A stretch of DNA of 64,000 nucleotides from Eledone cirrhosa (lineage: Eukaryota). Positions 1 through 13,276 of this stretch are shown in pieces (within the stretch, counting starts at the first letter, position 1; the number at the start of each line of letters is the position of its first letter). The notes under the pieces were generated by a model. It saw nothing but the letters and a program-made list of their open reading frames with translations. It was not told where the DNA came from and searched no databases. The translations under genes were made by a program, and so were the position numbers. The DNA lies in NCBI GenBank assembly GCA_964016885.1, contig OZ024743.1, positions 258,354,001 through 258,418,000 on the forward strand, written 5' to 3'.

Positions 1-1777
1 AAGAGGAAAGATCAAGGGAGCACCCCCTCTCTGTGCTCCTGAGGAGAAGGGTTGCACACTTTTTTTCGGGGGTGTGTGTGACCCCCCAAGGCGCCTCCTC
101 CCTATGGAGGATTTTGTTATAAAATTTATTTTGTTATATTGTATTTTATTTTTATACTTTGTTATTGCCTCCTCCATATTGAGGACGCCTTGTTATGTAA
201 ACTCCCCCCATTGTACTTGTCCCACTTTTGATGCCCTGGTGGCAAATAAAAAGAAAGTTATCTATCTATCTATCTACACTATATATGTGTGTATCTATCT
301 CCATATCCAGGTGTGTATATATACACAAACAATAAAGAGTTCAATATAGGAACGGATGAATTAGTTCTCATCCTGCAGAAGCCATTTCTATATGAAATAA
401 ATATTTACTTTCTCTACTAATGTATTGTGTACTTTATTTAACTGTAGTTCTCTTCCAAAAAATATTTTAAATTCTGTGTGCATGTGTGTCTCTGTATGTG
501 TGTGTGTATTTAAGTTCATTCTCTCCCCACATACCCACACACACATACACATATAGGATGAATTTTATGAAAAGTCAGTTTGACCAAACTTGATGTGAGT
601 GTCCTAAAAATGCTCCAACAATAGCATGATGCCAGAATTAGAGGGTTTGCTACATAAATTCCAGTTGTTAGTTACATAGAAATAAACAGAAAGAAACTCT
701 GAACAATGTTAATGGTAGAACAAATCTCACACAAATACTACCACTCATTCATTTTGTTTTCTTAGTTTGGGATGTGTTTTATGTTTTATTGTTTGTGAAC
801 GTTTTTTGTTTGATGCTGTCGGTAAGTCAATTAAAGGCTAATTCCAACTACAAGACACAATCTAACAACATTTCACATTAAAATTCTTGCTGCTATTTTC
901 AATTGTTCCAACCAACAGAGCAACAATAAGTAGAATATTTTTGCAGAATTTTAAATTACTCTTAATGAACTTGCAATAACATTGATGCAAAGACACACAC
1001 ACCTATGTATATATATATGCCCACAAACAAACAAACAAATATATATACATATATATATAAATAGAGAGAGAGAGATTCAGTTCTATTTTCAATATATTCA
1101 AGTGTTCAAGTGCAACTAAAGCATATGAGGAGTGTGTATATATGTATTTGTTTTTATATATATTTATGTATGTATATATATATATATGTAATATGTGTGT
1201 GTGTGTGTGTAATCTTCCTCACTCCCTCTTTCTCTCTCCTTCTCTCACTCCCTCTCTCTATCTCCTTCCATCTCTCGATTTCCCTCCCTCTCATTTGCAC
1301 TGCCAAGCCTGCATGAGCTGGAGAAATATTCATGGTCTGAAACTAGATGGGTCTGGTTTCTATGGTTAGATGCCATTCCTAATGCCAATCACTTTACAGA
1401 TTTCACTGGATTCATTTTGCCACCAGCACTAATATTTTTCTAAGTGTATTGTGTGCATTGCTTTTTATCATGGCAGAGAGTGTACTGGATGTATTTTATC
1501 ATGGTAGCAGTATTCGACTTTACAGAGAGCAATATGAACAACATGGTAACAACACTAGTATTATATGTGTGTATCCCAGTTTTTAGAATAGGTACACTAT
1601 CATATTGCTGCATGTTGTATGCGGTGACAAAAAGTGTTGGCATTAGGAAGTGCATCAAGGTGTAAAATATTGAAACATTGTCTCAAAACACCCTGTCAAA
1701 CCCATTGGAAAAGTGGACAGAAAAATGATAATAATAATAATTATATATATATATATATGTGAGCATGTGTGTGTGTG

Positions 1778-1948
1778 AGACTATCCCAGGTTCTATTGAG
1801 GATAACAACCGTGAGTAAAGTACTCAATACATAGTTGAGTATATACAATATTTAATATAGAAATGGCTTTTACAGGACTAGAACTGTTTCATTCGAAGGA
1901 AATAGTTCTAGTTCTGTAGAAGCCATTTCTATATTAAATATTATATAT
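1778..1948 (-). mobile_element. PLE-derived fold-back mini-element with 3' half of a hammerhead
   Basis: Near-perfect palindrome 1847-1942 centred on TTCGAA, ~70 bp unique extension on the left, microsatellite flanks; minus strand reads GAAAC-AGTTCTA-GTC. A related fragment lies at ~350-400. Confidence 0.6.
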
Positions 1949-1971
1949 ATATACATACACATACAATGCAG

Positions 1972-2004
<33 letters not shown>

Positions 2005-2180
2005 ACGAATGAGATGTGGTAAGGAACCAGGTGGACCATAACGCACCAAAGTACTCAATACTTGAGGTAGTAGAGTGGGTAATAGGAACCAGTAAGACCC
2101 CGACAGCTGAGCTCAAGCCGTTTCGACGGCTAATTAGCCGTCGAAACGGCTTGAGCTCAGCTGTCGGGGTCTTACTGGTT

Positions 2181-2185
<5 letters not shown>
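2005..2185 (-). mobile_element. Fold-back mini-element in (TA)n with perfect 104-bp palindrome (copy 1)
   Basis: 2082-2185 is a perfect palindrome centred on TAA|TTA; each arm contains GAAACGGCTTGAGCTCAGCTGTC (HHR GAAA, stem III, GUC); (TA)n on both sides; second copy at 6514. Confidence 0.75.
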
Positions 2186-2241
<56 letters not shown>

Positions 2242-2636
2242 GTATATATATATATATACATATATACACACACATGGGGAGAGAATGAGAGACATGCATA
2301 TATGTATATATATGAGGGAATCACCTGCTATTCTGGATTTTTAATTTAGTTCTGAATTTGTACAGAAATACCTAATCCACATACAAATTAACAAATTCAC
2401 CTCCACATACAGCCATCTCTCTCAGAGAAGGCACACACACACACACACACATATATGTATATATATATATTCATATATATAGACAAGCATATAGATGCAC
2501 ATGTATTTATATGCATGTCACTATACAAGTACCACATGCACTACATGTATGTATAGATGCAATTATACTATCGTATGTATATATATATATATAGATGTGT
2601 GTGTATATATATATACATTCACACAGAAACACACAC

Positions 2637-2668
<32 letters not shown>

Positions 2669-3051
2669 TCACTCATACACACATGAATGCTTTAACATGC
2701 ATTCTGTTCCAACGAAACGTATGTTTGCAAATGAATTCATTGATTGAATTTATTCCTTCAAAAAACCAAAAACAACAACATCGAAAAACATTTTAATTTG
2801 GAAAGAAAAACCATGTAAGAATGCAATAATATCAAGAACAATTTAAAATCAAATTAAATGTATTGAAGACGAGTACATTAAATTTAGTTTTGCTATAAAA
2901 TCTAAAGAAAACGATAATTTATGGCAAACATTTAGTTATTAAGCAGCTGTTTTTCTCCTTGCTAAATTCCAAAATTAGTTTTGTTTTAGTTTTGTGATAG
3001 AGAATTCTACATTGAACGTTTGTCATTTGTCTCGTTAACATTTATATTGTA

Positions 3052-3436
<385 letters not shown>

Positions 3437-3558
3437 GAGGTGAGTTTTATTGTAGTACAATAAAGCAATGCAGATATCGGATAAGTAGCACTCTACAGTT
3501 TGTAGGACTGGAGTATAAATAATATATAAGATCAAAAGATGATTAAAAGAGTTCCATG

Positions 3559-3629
3559 TATTTTATTATGCGCATTTCAAAAATAAATATCATCATGCAA
3601 TAAGATTTGCCTTTTCGTCAGATATAATA
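3559..3629 (-). ncRNA. Type I hammerhead ribozyme (left-arm copy)
   Basis: Minus strand: stem I, CTGACGA, stem II, GAAA, palindromic stem III ATGCGCAT, cleavage triplet ATA, then ATAAAATA. Confidence 0.65.
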
Positions 3630-4297
3630 GGGAGACATGATATGAAGGTTAAAAAACACTTGTGAATAGTGCAGTTTTAAATCAACATATGAAAAGTAGT
3701 TTCAGATTGATGTGTGATATTGTGAAAAAAATGAGGGGGGGTGGAAAGGATGAAAAAGAGGAGGAGATGAGAGTAAAAAGTGGAGGGGGAGGAGTATAAT
3801 GAGGAAGGATGAGATAGGAGGAGAGATAGGTGATAGAGAGAGAGAGATAGCTTTTATAACTGAGAAAATATATTGTTTTACATAGAGAGGTTAAAAAAAA
3901 CCGTTGGAAGATAATATATAAATTAAAAGAATTTGAAAATTAACGAAGAGAAAAATTTTAGAATAATGTTAAATTAAGTTTGTATATTGAAGGGTTTAAT
4001 AATATGTGCGATGGAAAGAAATTGTTGATATGTATTATTAAAAAATATAAAAATATAACAATAGTAATGTAATTAAGGATATATTGTGAAAAGAAGTAGA
4101 AGAGTGGATGAATAAGTGTAATATGTATTAGTTAGATGAGCATGAAAGGGGGAAAAAATAATGAATTGAGGATGAATAATCTAACGTCAAAAAAAATGTT
4201 TATGTTAATGAAGGTTTTTTTCAAGGTGATATTATGAAGTAAGGATATATTGTGCTGAGTAATAATGAGAATTGAGAATTGAGAATTGAGAAGTATC

Positions 4298-4567
4298 TAT
4301 AAATACCAACTTAAAAGAACCAACATGGCACTCTCAGAACTCATATGGTCCTTGAAAGACAAAAATATTAACTATAACATCTCTTGGAAGAAGGTTTGTT
4401 CTGCTTCTCCATACCTGAATGGTTCTCTATCCAAGACATGCAATCTCTGTTTATGTTAAAAATTTACCATTATATCTAATTTAGATTCTATAATAAATAG
4501 ACGCACTGACTTGTTTTCTCTCTGCTTGCATAAATTCCACAGAACATTCCATAAAGTATACAGCTAA
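4298..4567 (+). pseudogene. C-terminal fragment of PLE GIY-YIG endonuclease
   Basis: Manual translation ...[30 protein letters not shown]...[13 protein letters not shown]...INRRTDLFSLCLHK..., matching the PLE pattern LS..IW.LK / C.LCL.EK / N.R.E...C.H, with a stop in place of the conserved Glu. Confidence 0.8.
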
Positions 4568-5546
4568 TATCTAATACTTTACCAATTTAAAATCCTTTTC
4601 TCAAAGGCACATATATATATATATATACATATATATTTCTTTAAAAATATACCCATCTTTCTACCTTATTTCAATGTTATTTATTATACATTATATAATA
4701 CTAGTTACTCATTCTATATCACTCCTATTTATCACTTCCCTTTCTTTCTCTTTTCCTTTTTTCTTTTCTTTTTTTCTTTTTCTTTTAATTTCTAACCTCT
4801 AATCTGTACCTTTTCTTCCTAGATACTTCTAAATTCTCATTATTACTCAGCACAATATATTCTTACTTCATAATATCACCTTGAAAAAATCCTTCGTGAA
4901 GATAAACATTTTTTTTGACGTTAGATTATTCATCCTCAATTCATTATTTTTTTCTCCCTTTCATGCTCATCTAACTTATACATATTACACTTATTCATCC
5001 ACTCTTCTACTTCTTTTCATAATATATCCTTAATTACATTACTATTGTTATATTTTTATATTTTTTAATAATACATATCAACAATTTCTTTCCATCGCAC
5101 ATATTATTAAACCCTTAAATATTATTCTTAATACATATTAACAATTTCTTTTCATCGCACATATTATTAAACCCTTCAATATACAAACCTTAATTTAACA
5201 TTATTCTAAAATTTTTCTCTTCGTTAATTTTCAAATTCTTTTAATTTATATATTATCTTCCAACAGTTTTTTTTAACCTCTCTATATAAAACAATATATT
5301 TTTCTCAGTTATAAAAGCTATCTCTCTCTCTCTATCACCCATCTCTCCTCCTATCTCATCCTTCCTCATTATACTCCTCCCCCTCCACTTTTTACTCTCA
5401 TCTCCTTCTCTTTTTCATCCTTTCCAACACCCCCCCCCCCCTCAATTTTTTCCCAATATCACACATCAATCTAAAACTACTTTTCATATGTTGATTTAAA
5501 ACTGCACTATTCACAAGTGTTTTTTAACCTTCATATCATGTCTCCT

Positions 5547-5617
5547 TATTTTATCTGACGAAAACGCAAATGTTATTGCATGATGATATTTGTTTTTGAA
5601 ATGGGCATAATAAAATA
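5547..5617 (+). ncRNA. Type I hammerhead ribozyme (right-arm copy)
   Basis: TATTTTAT-CTGACGA-AAACGCAAAT...ATTTGTTTTT-GAAA-TGGGCA-TA-ATAAAATA; the 8-bp stem I closes the core. Confidence 0.7.
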
Positions 5618-5671
5618 CATGGAACTCTTTTAACCATCTTTTGATCTTATATATATATATATATATATATA

Positions 5672-6024
5672 ATTTCATTTCATTCATTTCATTTCATTTC
5701 ATTTTACGTCCGCTTTTCCCTGCTTGCAAGGGTGGGACGGGAACTGATTCTGGCTTGATTTCTACAGCTGGATGCCCTTCCTAACACCAACCTCATTTAC
5801 AGTGAGTGCTGGGTGCTTTTTTGCCATGGCACCTCCAAGACCACTTTACAGTGGAATGAGATGGGCCCCAGTCCCTATCATCTCATTTCCACAGCTGAGT
5901 AAACTGGAGCAATGTAAAATAAAGTGTCTTGCACAAGGAAACAACACATCATCCAGCCTGAGAGTTGAACTCACAACCTTTCGATTGCAAGGCCAATGCA
6001 CTAACCACTAAGCCATGTGCCTCC
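5672..6024 (-). mobile_element. tRNA-derived SINE
   Basis: Minus strand has A box TGGCTTAGTGG, B box GAGTTCAACTC and a (TGAAA/TGAA)n tail; close to the copy at 7798-8153. Confidence 0.85.
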
Positions 6025-6308
<284 letters not shown>

Positions 6309-6472
6309 GTGGTTTAACATTGGAAGGTAATATCTGTAATGGTAGAACACTCAGTGCATGGGACGAGTTAGGTAGAAGTGGTTACACATACCGAGAACAA
6401 TTGTTTCACCTTAACGGATCCTAAGGTGAAACAATTGTTCTCGGTATGGTGAACTAACTGTTGTGTAACGAC

Positions 6473-6477
<5 letters not shown>
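6309..6477 (-). mobile_element. Fold-back mini-element in (TA)n
   Basis: Inverted repeat 6373-6477 (TACCGAGAACAATTGTTTCACCTTA/TAAGGTGAAACAATTGTTCTCGGTA, 8-nt loop); GAAAC-AATT-GTT resembles a palindromic HHR stem III; left extension. Confidence 0.65.
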
Positions 6478-6513
<36 letters not shown>

Positions 6514-6514
<1 letters not shown>

Positions 6515-6720
6515 CGAAGGAAATGTGGTAAGGAACCAGGTGGACCATAACGCACCAAAGTACTCAATACTTGAGGTAGTAGAGTGGGTAATAGGAACCA
6601 GTAAGACCCCGACAGCTGAGCTCAAGCCGTTTCGACGGCTAATTCTGGACTGAATTAGCCGTCCAGAATTAGCTGTCGAAACGGCTTGAGCTCAGCTGTC
6701 GGGGTCTTACTGGTTCCTAT
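6514..6720 (-). mobile_element. Fold-back mini-element (copy 2 of the 2005-2185 family)
   Basis: Same extension and arms as copy 1; the centre keeps a 12-bp hairpin GACGGCTAATTC-TGGACT-GAATTAGCCGTC (6634-6663). Confidence 0.75.
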
Positions 6721-6813
6721 ATATATATATATATATATATATGTATAGTATAATATACATTTTATACTACATATATGCATGTATTTGTATGAATAAATAT
6801 ATATATATGCATA

Positions 6814-6870
<57 letters not shown>

Positions 6871-7797
6871 TCAATAACATATATATATTTATTTGTATAT
6901 TCTATTGTGCTTATATATATTTTAAACTTTGAACCTTATTGCTATAATTTTTTTTATTAAATCAACATGGGACTGTGCAAATATTATTTATATTATAGAA
7001 ATATGAAAAATATAGTAAATTACACATACCCTCACATATATAGATGTGTGTGTGTGTATCATTATGAATTATTTCAGGCAATTACTTCTGGAGTGGCTAT
7101 AATAAAATAATGGATAATATTATACAAAGTTTTGTATGAAAATATAATTATATATAAATGCGAGTCTATGTGTATGTATATATATGTCGATATATATAAA
7201 TATATATATATGTCTTCTAGAAGGCAACTCAGGAAACTGGGATAACTCCGATATAAAACCTGCGGCTCAGTAGTTACCGATGATGTTGTTCTTTACTTCT
7301 TTTTGGTTTATAGCTACTGTCGCTCAGAGAGTGGGATTGGCTCAGTGCACACTCTTTTGTCACTTTACACGATAGAATTAATTAATAATTATTAATAATG
7401 GTATATCATGCAATGGCCATACTCGATAACGAGGGGCCAGCCATCATCATATATATATATGAGTGTGTATATGTATGAATGTATGTATGTATATACATAT
7501 ACATACATACAAATACCTATATACAAACAAATATAAACTTTTTACATTCATATGATTTATTGATTTATTGATATTTTATCTGAGTGACCCGAAACTTCCT
7601 GATCGTAATTTTTCGGTCGCATGGGTGATTTTAGACATAATCTTTGTGTGTTGGTATTTTAACGATAGTTATAGCTCTGATTTATCTGAATTATTGAGCT
7701 CTCTGCCACTCATGTCGAATTTGTTTATCGTGAACTCGTGAGCCGATTTTTCGATACTCGATTATTCTACTATATGTATACAATATATATATACAAT

Positions 7798-8153
7798 GGA
7801 GGCACATGGCTTAGTGGTTAGAGCATTGGCCTTGCAATAGAAAGGTTGTGAGTTCAATTCTCAGACCGGGTGATGTATTGTTTCCCTGTATGGCCATTGC
7901 AAGACACTTTATTTCACATTGCTCCAGTTTACTCAGCTGTAGAAATGAGATGATAGGGACTGAGGTCCCTATCATTCCACTGCAAAGTGGTCGTGGAGGT
8001 GCCACGGCAAAAAAGCACCCAGCACTCACTGTAAATGAGGTTGGTGTTAGGAAGGGCATCCAGCTGTAGAAATCAAGCCAGAATCAGTTTCCGTCCCACC
8101 CTTGCAAGCAGGGAAAAAGCGGACGTAAAATGAAATGATGATGAATGAAATGA
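7798..8153 (+). mobile_element. tRNA-derived SINE
   Basis: GGAGGCACATGGCTTAGTGGTTAGAGCATTGG...GAGTTCAATTC (A and B boxes), with a TGAAA/TGA repeat tail. Confidence 0.85.
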
Positions 8154-8180
8154 TACATATATATATATACATACATATAC

Positions 8181-8214
<34 letters not shown>

Positions 8215-8260
8215 TTATATGTATGTATATATATGTATATGTGTGTATATATGTATGTAT

Positions 8261-8597
8261 CAGAGGCGAAGGGTCCGTGCATGCAACGCATGCAGTGCAT
8301 GCTTATAGAATCTTGAGTTGATCAATTGCGTCAGTTGAAGCAAGCACAATTTTGGCTAAAACGTATAGACACAAAAAAAGATAACACACAAACACACGAC
8401 AGCTTTGGGGCAAGCAGAATTTTGGCTGCTTACTAAATCATAGATACATAAAAGGATAACACACACACACTAGATAACACTACATGCGACTTTGACCATT
8501 TAGAGGGAATTTGGGTGGGGGTAAGGCTGCACAGCCCTACTTTCCGCCATGGCGATTAGACTGCATGCTCTGCTTTCAAATTTACCCTTTGCCACTG
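8261..8597. mobile_element. Non-autonomous hAT MITE
   Basis: TIRs CAGAGGCGAAGGGT / ACCCTTTGCCACTG; 8-bp TSD GTATGTAT at 8253-8260 and 8598-8605 (low complexity, but exact). Confidence 0.75.
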
Positions 8598-8636
8598 GTA
8601 TGTATATATATATATGTGTATATATCTATGTATATA

Positions 8637-8727
<91 letters not shown>

Positions 8728-8734
8728 ATATATG

Positions 8735-8766
<32 letters not shown>

Positions 8767-8864
8767 TATATACACACATATATATATATATACATACCAG
8801 TGGCAAAGGGTAAATTGGAAAGTAGGGCATGCAGTCTAATCGCCATCGTGTATAAGGTAGAATG

Positions 8865-8911
<47 letters not shown>

Positions 8912-8912
<1 letters not shown>

Positions 8913-9800
8913 CATTCTACCTTATACACGACGTATTTACGCACATACGTCGTGTATAAGGTAGAATGTGACAAGTGCAACCACTGCTATATCAGTAGCA
9001 CAATCCGGCCGCTACACATCCGGATCAAGGAGCACAGCAACACCAGGGCCTCGTCTTTCCGGAAACACATAACCAAATGCGGAAACAAAGACGGAAGGCC
9101 CATTGTCACAGTGCTAGCGTCAGAACGCAACGTCGATACATTACGAATCAAGGAAGCACTTTGGATCAAACGCCTAGGGCCACAAATAAATAACCAATCT
9201 GAGAGAAGCGAAATGAGGTGGTTGGTGTAAACAAACGAGACAACAACACACGCACGCACACACAGTAGCATTCAAACGATTATTAATGTATGTGTAGCAC
9301 CGCCACCATCCACCGACCAGGCAGAATACTACTACTATACGAATATACTACACTGCTAGTACCTAAAACCAGCACAGACAAATAGTACAATGGATTGACA
9401 GCTAACGCCATCCCACTCCCACAATTAAAAGAACTGCTTCGACCGTCGACCTTTGCTTGACCGCACTTAATCCGCGCGCTCTGCAGAATACCTCAGTTAG
9501 TCACAAACAGCGCACAGCAGAGGACACGTACCGTTCCTCTCCGACAGATAACCCCCCGGAAAATCCCCCAGTTGATGGATGCGAATCCGAAATATAGGGA
9601 CAATTAAATCTCACCCAAGGTAACTCTATCTCGTGTTATTATTTTTATTTTACGCTCTTTCCTACGTTCCTCTACACACTATACATCTCATTCTACATTC
9701 CCTTACATCTCTCTCTTCACCACCGGATCCTGTTACCCGGAGAATTACCCATCTGCATTGTTGAGGCTTCCAAAACGACCAAAAGAAAATAAATCTTATA
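8912..9800 (+). mobile_element. 5'-truncated Penelope-like element (endonuclease plus 3' pseudo-LTR)
   Basis: Hairpin 5' junction at 8912-8969, GIY-YIG ORF, degenerate HHR at 9564-9600 (TCCC..CAGTTGA-TGGATGCGAATCC-GAAA-TATA-GGGA), ends in (TA)n. Confidence 0.75.
8938..9230 (+). pseudogene. PLE GIY-YIG endonuclease domain (5'-truncated element)
   Basis: [30 protein letters not shown]...LRIKEALWIKRLGPQINNQSE shows VVY..C..C..YI(G>S).T.R.L..R..EH and EAL.I....P.IN motifs. Confidence 0.85.
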
Positions 9801-9850
9801 TAGATTTATATATATATATACGTTTATATATATATGTACATATATATATG

Positions 9851-9882
<32 letters not shown>

Positions 9883-9889
9883 ATTAAAG

Positions 9890-10102
9890 CAGCGCAGCAA
9901 GCGGAAATAGCAGGTGATGTGTTGTTGTGGAGTCCATCTCATGGAGCAAGAAACGCTGGTCGTCCCAAGAAGACATACGTCAAGCAACTTGAGGACGATA
10001 ATGGATGCACTGCGGAAGAACTGGCAAACGCTATGAGAGATAGAGATGGATGGAGGAAACGTGTCGTAGAAATCCGAGCAAGCTCGACCTGATGATGATG
10101 AT
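9890..10102 (+). mobile_element. RTE-group LINE 3' end
   Basis: Translation DVLLWSPSHGARNAGRPKKTYVKQLEDDNGC...AMRDRDGWRKRV* followed by a (TGA)n tail. Confidence 0.8.
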
Positions 10103-10335
10103 GCTATATAATTACATTAACGGAGAAAGCTATTAGCGATACTCCGACCAATTTCCAACTCACTCAACAGACATTAGGAAATACCGGAGTATATTCCCAA
10201 TTAAACATTTGGAGTGCTAACTATATTGTATTGTGTGGATAATTGGCTGTATTATTTTATATGAGATATATTAAAGATCTCATATATATATATATGTATA
10301 TATATTTATATGAATATATATATATGTATATATAT

Positions 10336-10506
10336 TAGGGTAAATATTGATGCAATTCAAGTCAAGCACTCAACGTACTTTTTCCACATAGGAGTGACGG
10401 AGTAAATATCGAATAAGTGTGGCCAGTGTCGTCATTGAAATATATATCACAGCATTATTATTAAAGGACTTGAACATCTGAAACTACTTCGCTTTTCCTT
10501 ATTCGA

Positions 10507-10508
<2 letters not shown>
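10336..10508 (-). mobile_element. Degenerate fold-back mini-element
   Basis: Between (TA)n tracts; ATATCGAATAAG ... CTTATTCGATAT inverted ends; AAGCACTC motif in the left extension. Confidence 0.4.
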
Positions 10509-10551
<43 letters not shown>

Positions 10552-10557
10552 GTATAA

Positions 10558-10655
<98 letters not shown>

Positions 10656-10656
10656 G

Positions 10657-10690
<34 letters not shown>

Positions 10691-10692
10691 CG

Positions 10693-10724
<32 letters not shown>

Positions 10725-10740
10725 CGTATATATATATGTA

Positions 10741-10808
<68 letters not shown>

Positions 10809-10824
10809 TACATATATATATACG

Positions 10825-10856
<32 letters not shown>

Positions 10857-10858
10857 CG

Positions 10859-10892
<34 letters not shown>

Positions 10893-10893
10893 C

Positions 10894-10927
<34 letters not shown>

Positions 10928-10988
10928 GTATATGTATGTATATATATGTATATATATATATGTGTATATATATATATATGTATATATA
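10509..10988. repeat. Interrupted (TA)n microsatellite
   Basis: Direct reading of the sequence. Confidence 0.9.
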
Positions 10989-11216
10989 TGTAAGTATGTA
11001 TGTATGTATGTACACATACATACATATATGTATGCAGACGTACAGTAGTATTTATATATATACATACATGCACACATATATATATGCACGTATCGGTTTA
11101 CCGAACATTTATTATAATGCTCGGTTTGTTTGTTTGTAAACAAACAAACAGCCCGAATCACGCCGTACAGTGTTTAGGCAACCACGTCACCTTTTTGTTC
11201 AACACTGACACAGGAA

Positions 11217-11257
11217 CGATGTACTAGTTTCAAACTTATTAGCTATCGTCAGCATCG
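11217..11257 (-). ncRNA. Minimal type I hammerhead ribozyme
   Basis: CGATG-CTGACGA-TAGCTAATAAGTTT-GAAAC-TA-GTA-CATCG. Confidence 0.8.
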
Positions 11258-11658
11258 TATATCTTCCTTTCAGATGGTTGAACGTCTGAAAGTATATACT
11301 TTCCTTATGCATATTAACGGCTGAGCAGCCTAATTTGCATATCGAGTGAGTTCAGTCGGCCGAGCACACCGAAAACGATAAATGGAATAGAATGAAACGA
11401 AATTTCATTTCTCACTCTTAATACGGCACTTACTTAAATGTAAGTATGTATGTACACGTACATGCATATATGTATACAGACGTACAGTAGTATGTATATA
11501 TATACATACATGCACACATATATATATGCACGTATCGGTTTATCGAACATTTGTTATAATGCTCGGTTTGTTTGTTTGTAAACAAACAAACAGCCCGAAT
11601 TACGCCGTACAGTGTTTAGGCAACCACGTCACCTTTTTGTTCAACACTGACACAGAAA

Positions 11659-11699
11659 CGATGTACTAGTTTCAAGCTTATTAGCTATCGTCAGCATCG
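11659..11699 (-). ncRNA. Minimal type I hammerhead ribozyme
   Basis: CGATG-CTGACGA-T-AGCT-AATA-AGCT-T-GAAAC-TA-GTA-CATCG; palindromic stem III ACTAGT. Confidence 0.85.
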
Positions 11700-12134
11700 T
11701 ATACCTTCCTGCCAGATGGTTGAACGTCTGAAAGTATATACTTTCCTTATGCATATTAACGGCTGAGCAGCCTAATTTGCATATCGAGTGAGTTCAGTCG
11801 GCCGGGCACACCGAAAACGATAAATGGAATAGAATGAAACGAAATTTCATTTCTCACTCTTAGTACGGCACTTACTTAAATGTAAGTATGTATGTATGTA
11901 CATGTACATACATTTATGAATACAGACGTACAGTAGTGTTTATATATATACATACATGCACACATATATATATGCACGTATCGGTTTACCGAACATTTAT
12001 TATAATGCTCGTTTTTTTTGTTTGTATACATATATGTATGTACGTGTACATACATACATACTTACATTTAAGTAAGTGCCGTACTAAGAGTGAGAAATGA
12101 AATTTCGTTTCATTCTATTCTATGTATATATATG

Positions 12135-12185
<51 letters not shown>

Positions 12186-12284
12186 GTATATCTCTCTCTC
12201 TCTCTATATATATATATATGTATATATATATATGCATATCTCTCTCTATATATACATATGTATATATATACATATATATATATG

Positions 12285-12366
<82 letters not shown>

Positions 12367-12381
12367 TATACATGTATATAT

Positions 12382-12690
12382 GTCCTGCGTATGACATTAA
12401 ACTACATCCAGTGGCAAGGCTCCAGTTCGGGAGTTCAGGAGTTGTGGGGAATGTGGAGTTACCCCTTAGTTGTCATGACTCCCAGGTCTTCCCTGGCCCG
12501 GGGTAGTAGTACCTGTTAGGGCTCCATTTATGGGTTAAATAACTACCTTATTCGAGTGGCGCCGGTAAGGTATTGTCAGCCATTGAAAAGAAATATGGAG
12601 AGTCGATCTAACAGCACTAGGGTTAGAGCCCCTAATTACACTGTCAAGGAGCAGCCTGGTCGTTATGACTCTGCTGGCTTAGAGCCACAT
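12382..12690 (+). mobile_element. Dispersed SINE-like repeat
   Basis: GC-richer island between (TA)n tracts resembling a common octopus interspersed repeat (from memory, unverified). Confidence 0.4.
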
Positions 12691-12709
12691 GTATATATAT
12701 ATATATATA

Positions 12710-12995
12710 AATGAAGTAATCCCGTCGGAAAAGTCCAGGAAAAAAGAGTGCTCTATGTAGGTAACAGAGCTTAATAGTTATGTAATAAACAACATAAGGC
12801 AATTATTTCATTTACCAGTGGTTTCCTTAAAGCAAAAAAATGTTGCTTTCAATGATCAGAATGAAAAAATCCTGGTGTATTTATTGGCGTTGGATTTTAA
12901 AAACCTTGGTTTTTAAAATCCAGGATTTTTTCATTCTGATGATTGAAAGCAAAATGTTTGTGCTTTTAAGAAACCACTGGTAAATGAAATAATTG
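12710..12995 (-). mobile_element. Fold-back mini-element with hammerhead
   Basis: Inverted arms 12800-12995, inner hairpin GGATTTTAAAAACC-TT-GGTTTTTAAAATCC; left extension shared with the elements at 28384 and 29554. Confidence 0.75.
12929..12989 (+). ncRNA. Type I hammerhead ribozyme
   Basis: TTTCATT-CTGATGA-TTGAAAGC...GCTTTTAA-GAA-ACCA-C-TGGT-A-AATGAAA; all three stems are visible. The left-arm copy has a core mutation (CTGATCA). Confidence 0.8.
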
Positions 12996-13085
12996 TTTCT
13001 ACTTTAGGCACAAGGCCAGCAATTATCCAGTACATTACTGGTACTTTATTTTATCGATCCCGTAAGGATGAAAGGCAAAGTTAAC
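12996..13085 (-). mobile_element. SINE 3' fragment (same family as 25405)
   Basis: Reverse complement of ...GATAAAATAAAGTACCAGTAATG...GGCCTTGTGCCTAAAGTAGAAAC. Confidence 0.75.
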
Positions 13086-13086
13086 A

Positions 13087-13141
<55 letters not shown>

Positions 13142-13239
13142 GTATATATATATATATGTATATATATGTATATATATATGCATATGTATATATATTATAT
13201 GTATATATATATGTATATCTATATATATATATATATATA

Positions 13240-13274
<35 letters not shown>

Positions 13275-13276
<2 letters not shown>

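Larger units (their letters stand above)
10989..12120 (-). mobile_element. Tandem ~442-bp hammerhead-containing repeat (retrozyme-like or non-autonomous PLE)
   Basis: Units start at 10989, 11439 and 11881 (partial); ~12030-12120 is an inverted copy of the unit junction; one HHR per full unit; (TA)n flanks. Confidence 0.8.

Noticed and set aside
1-275. Possible LINE 3' end with AATAAA and (TATC)n tail
   Set aside because: No coding evidence within the window to classify it.
7798-7870. tRNA gene
   Set aside because: A and B boxes belong to a SINE head that continues into a SINE body and tail; no complete cloverleaf.
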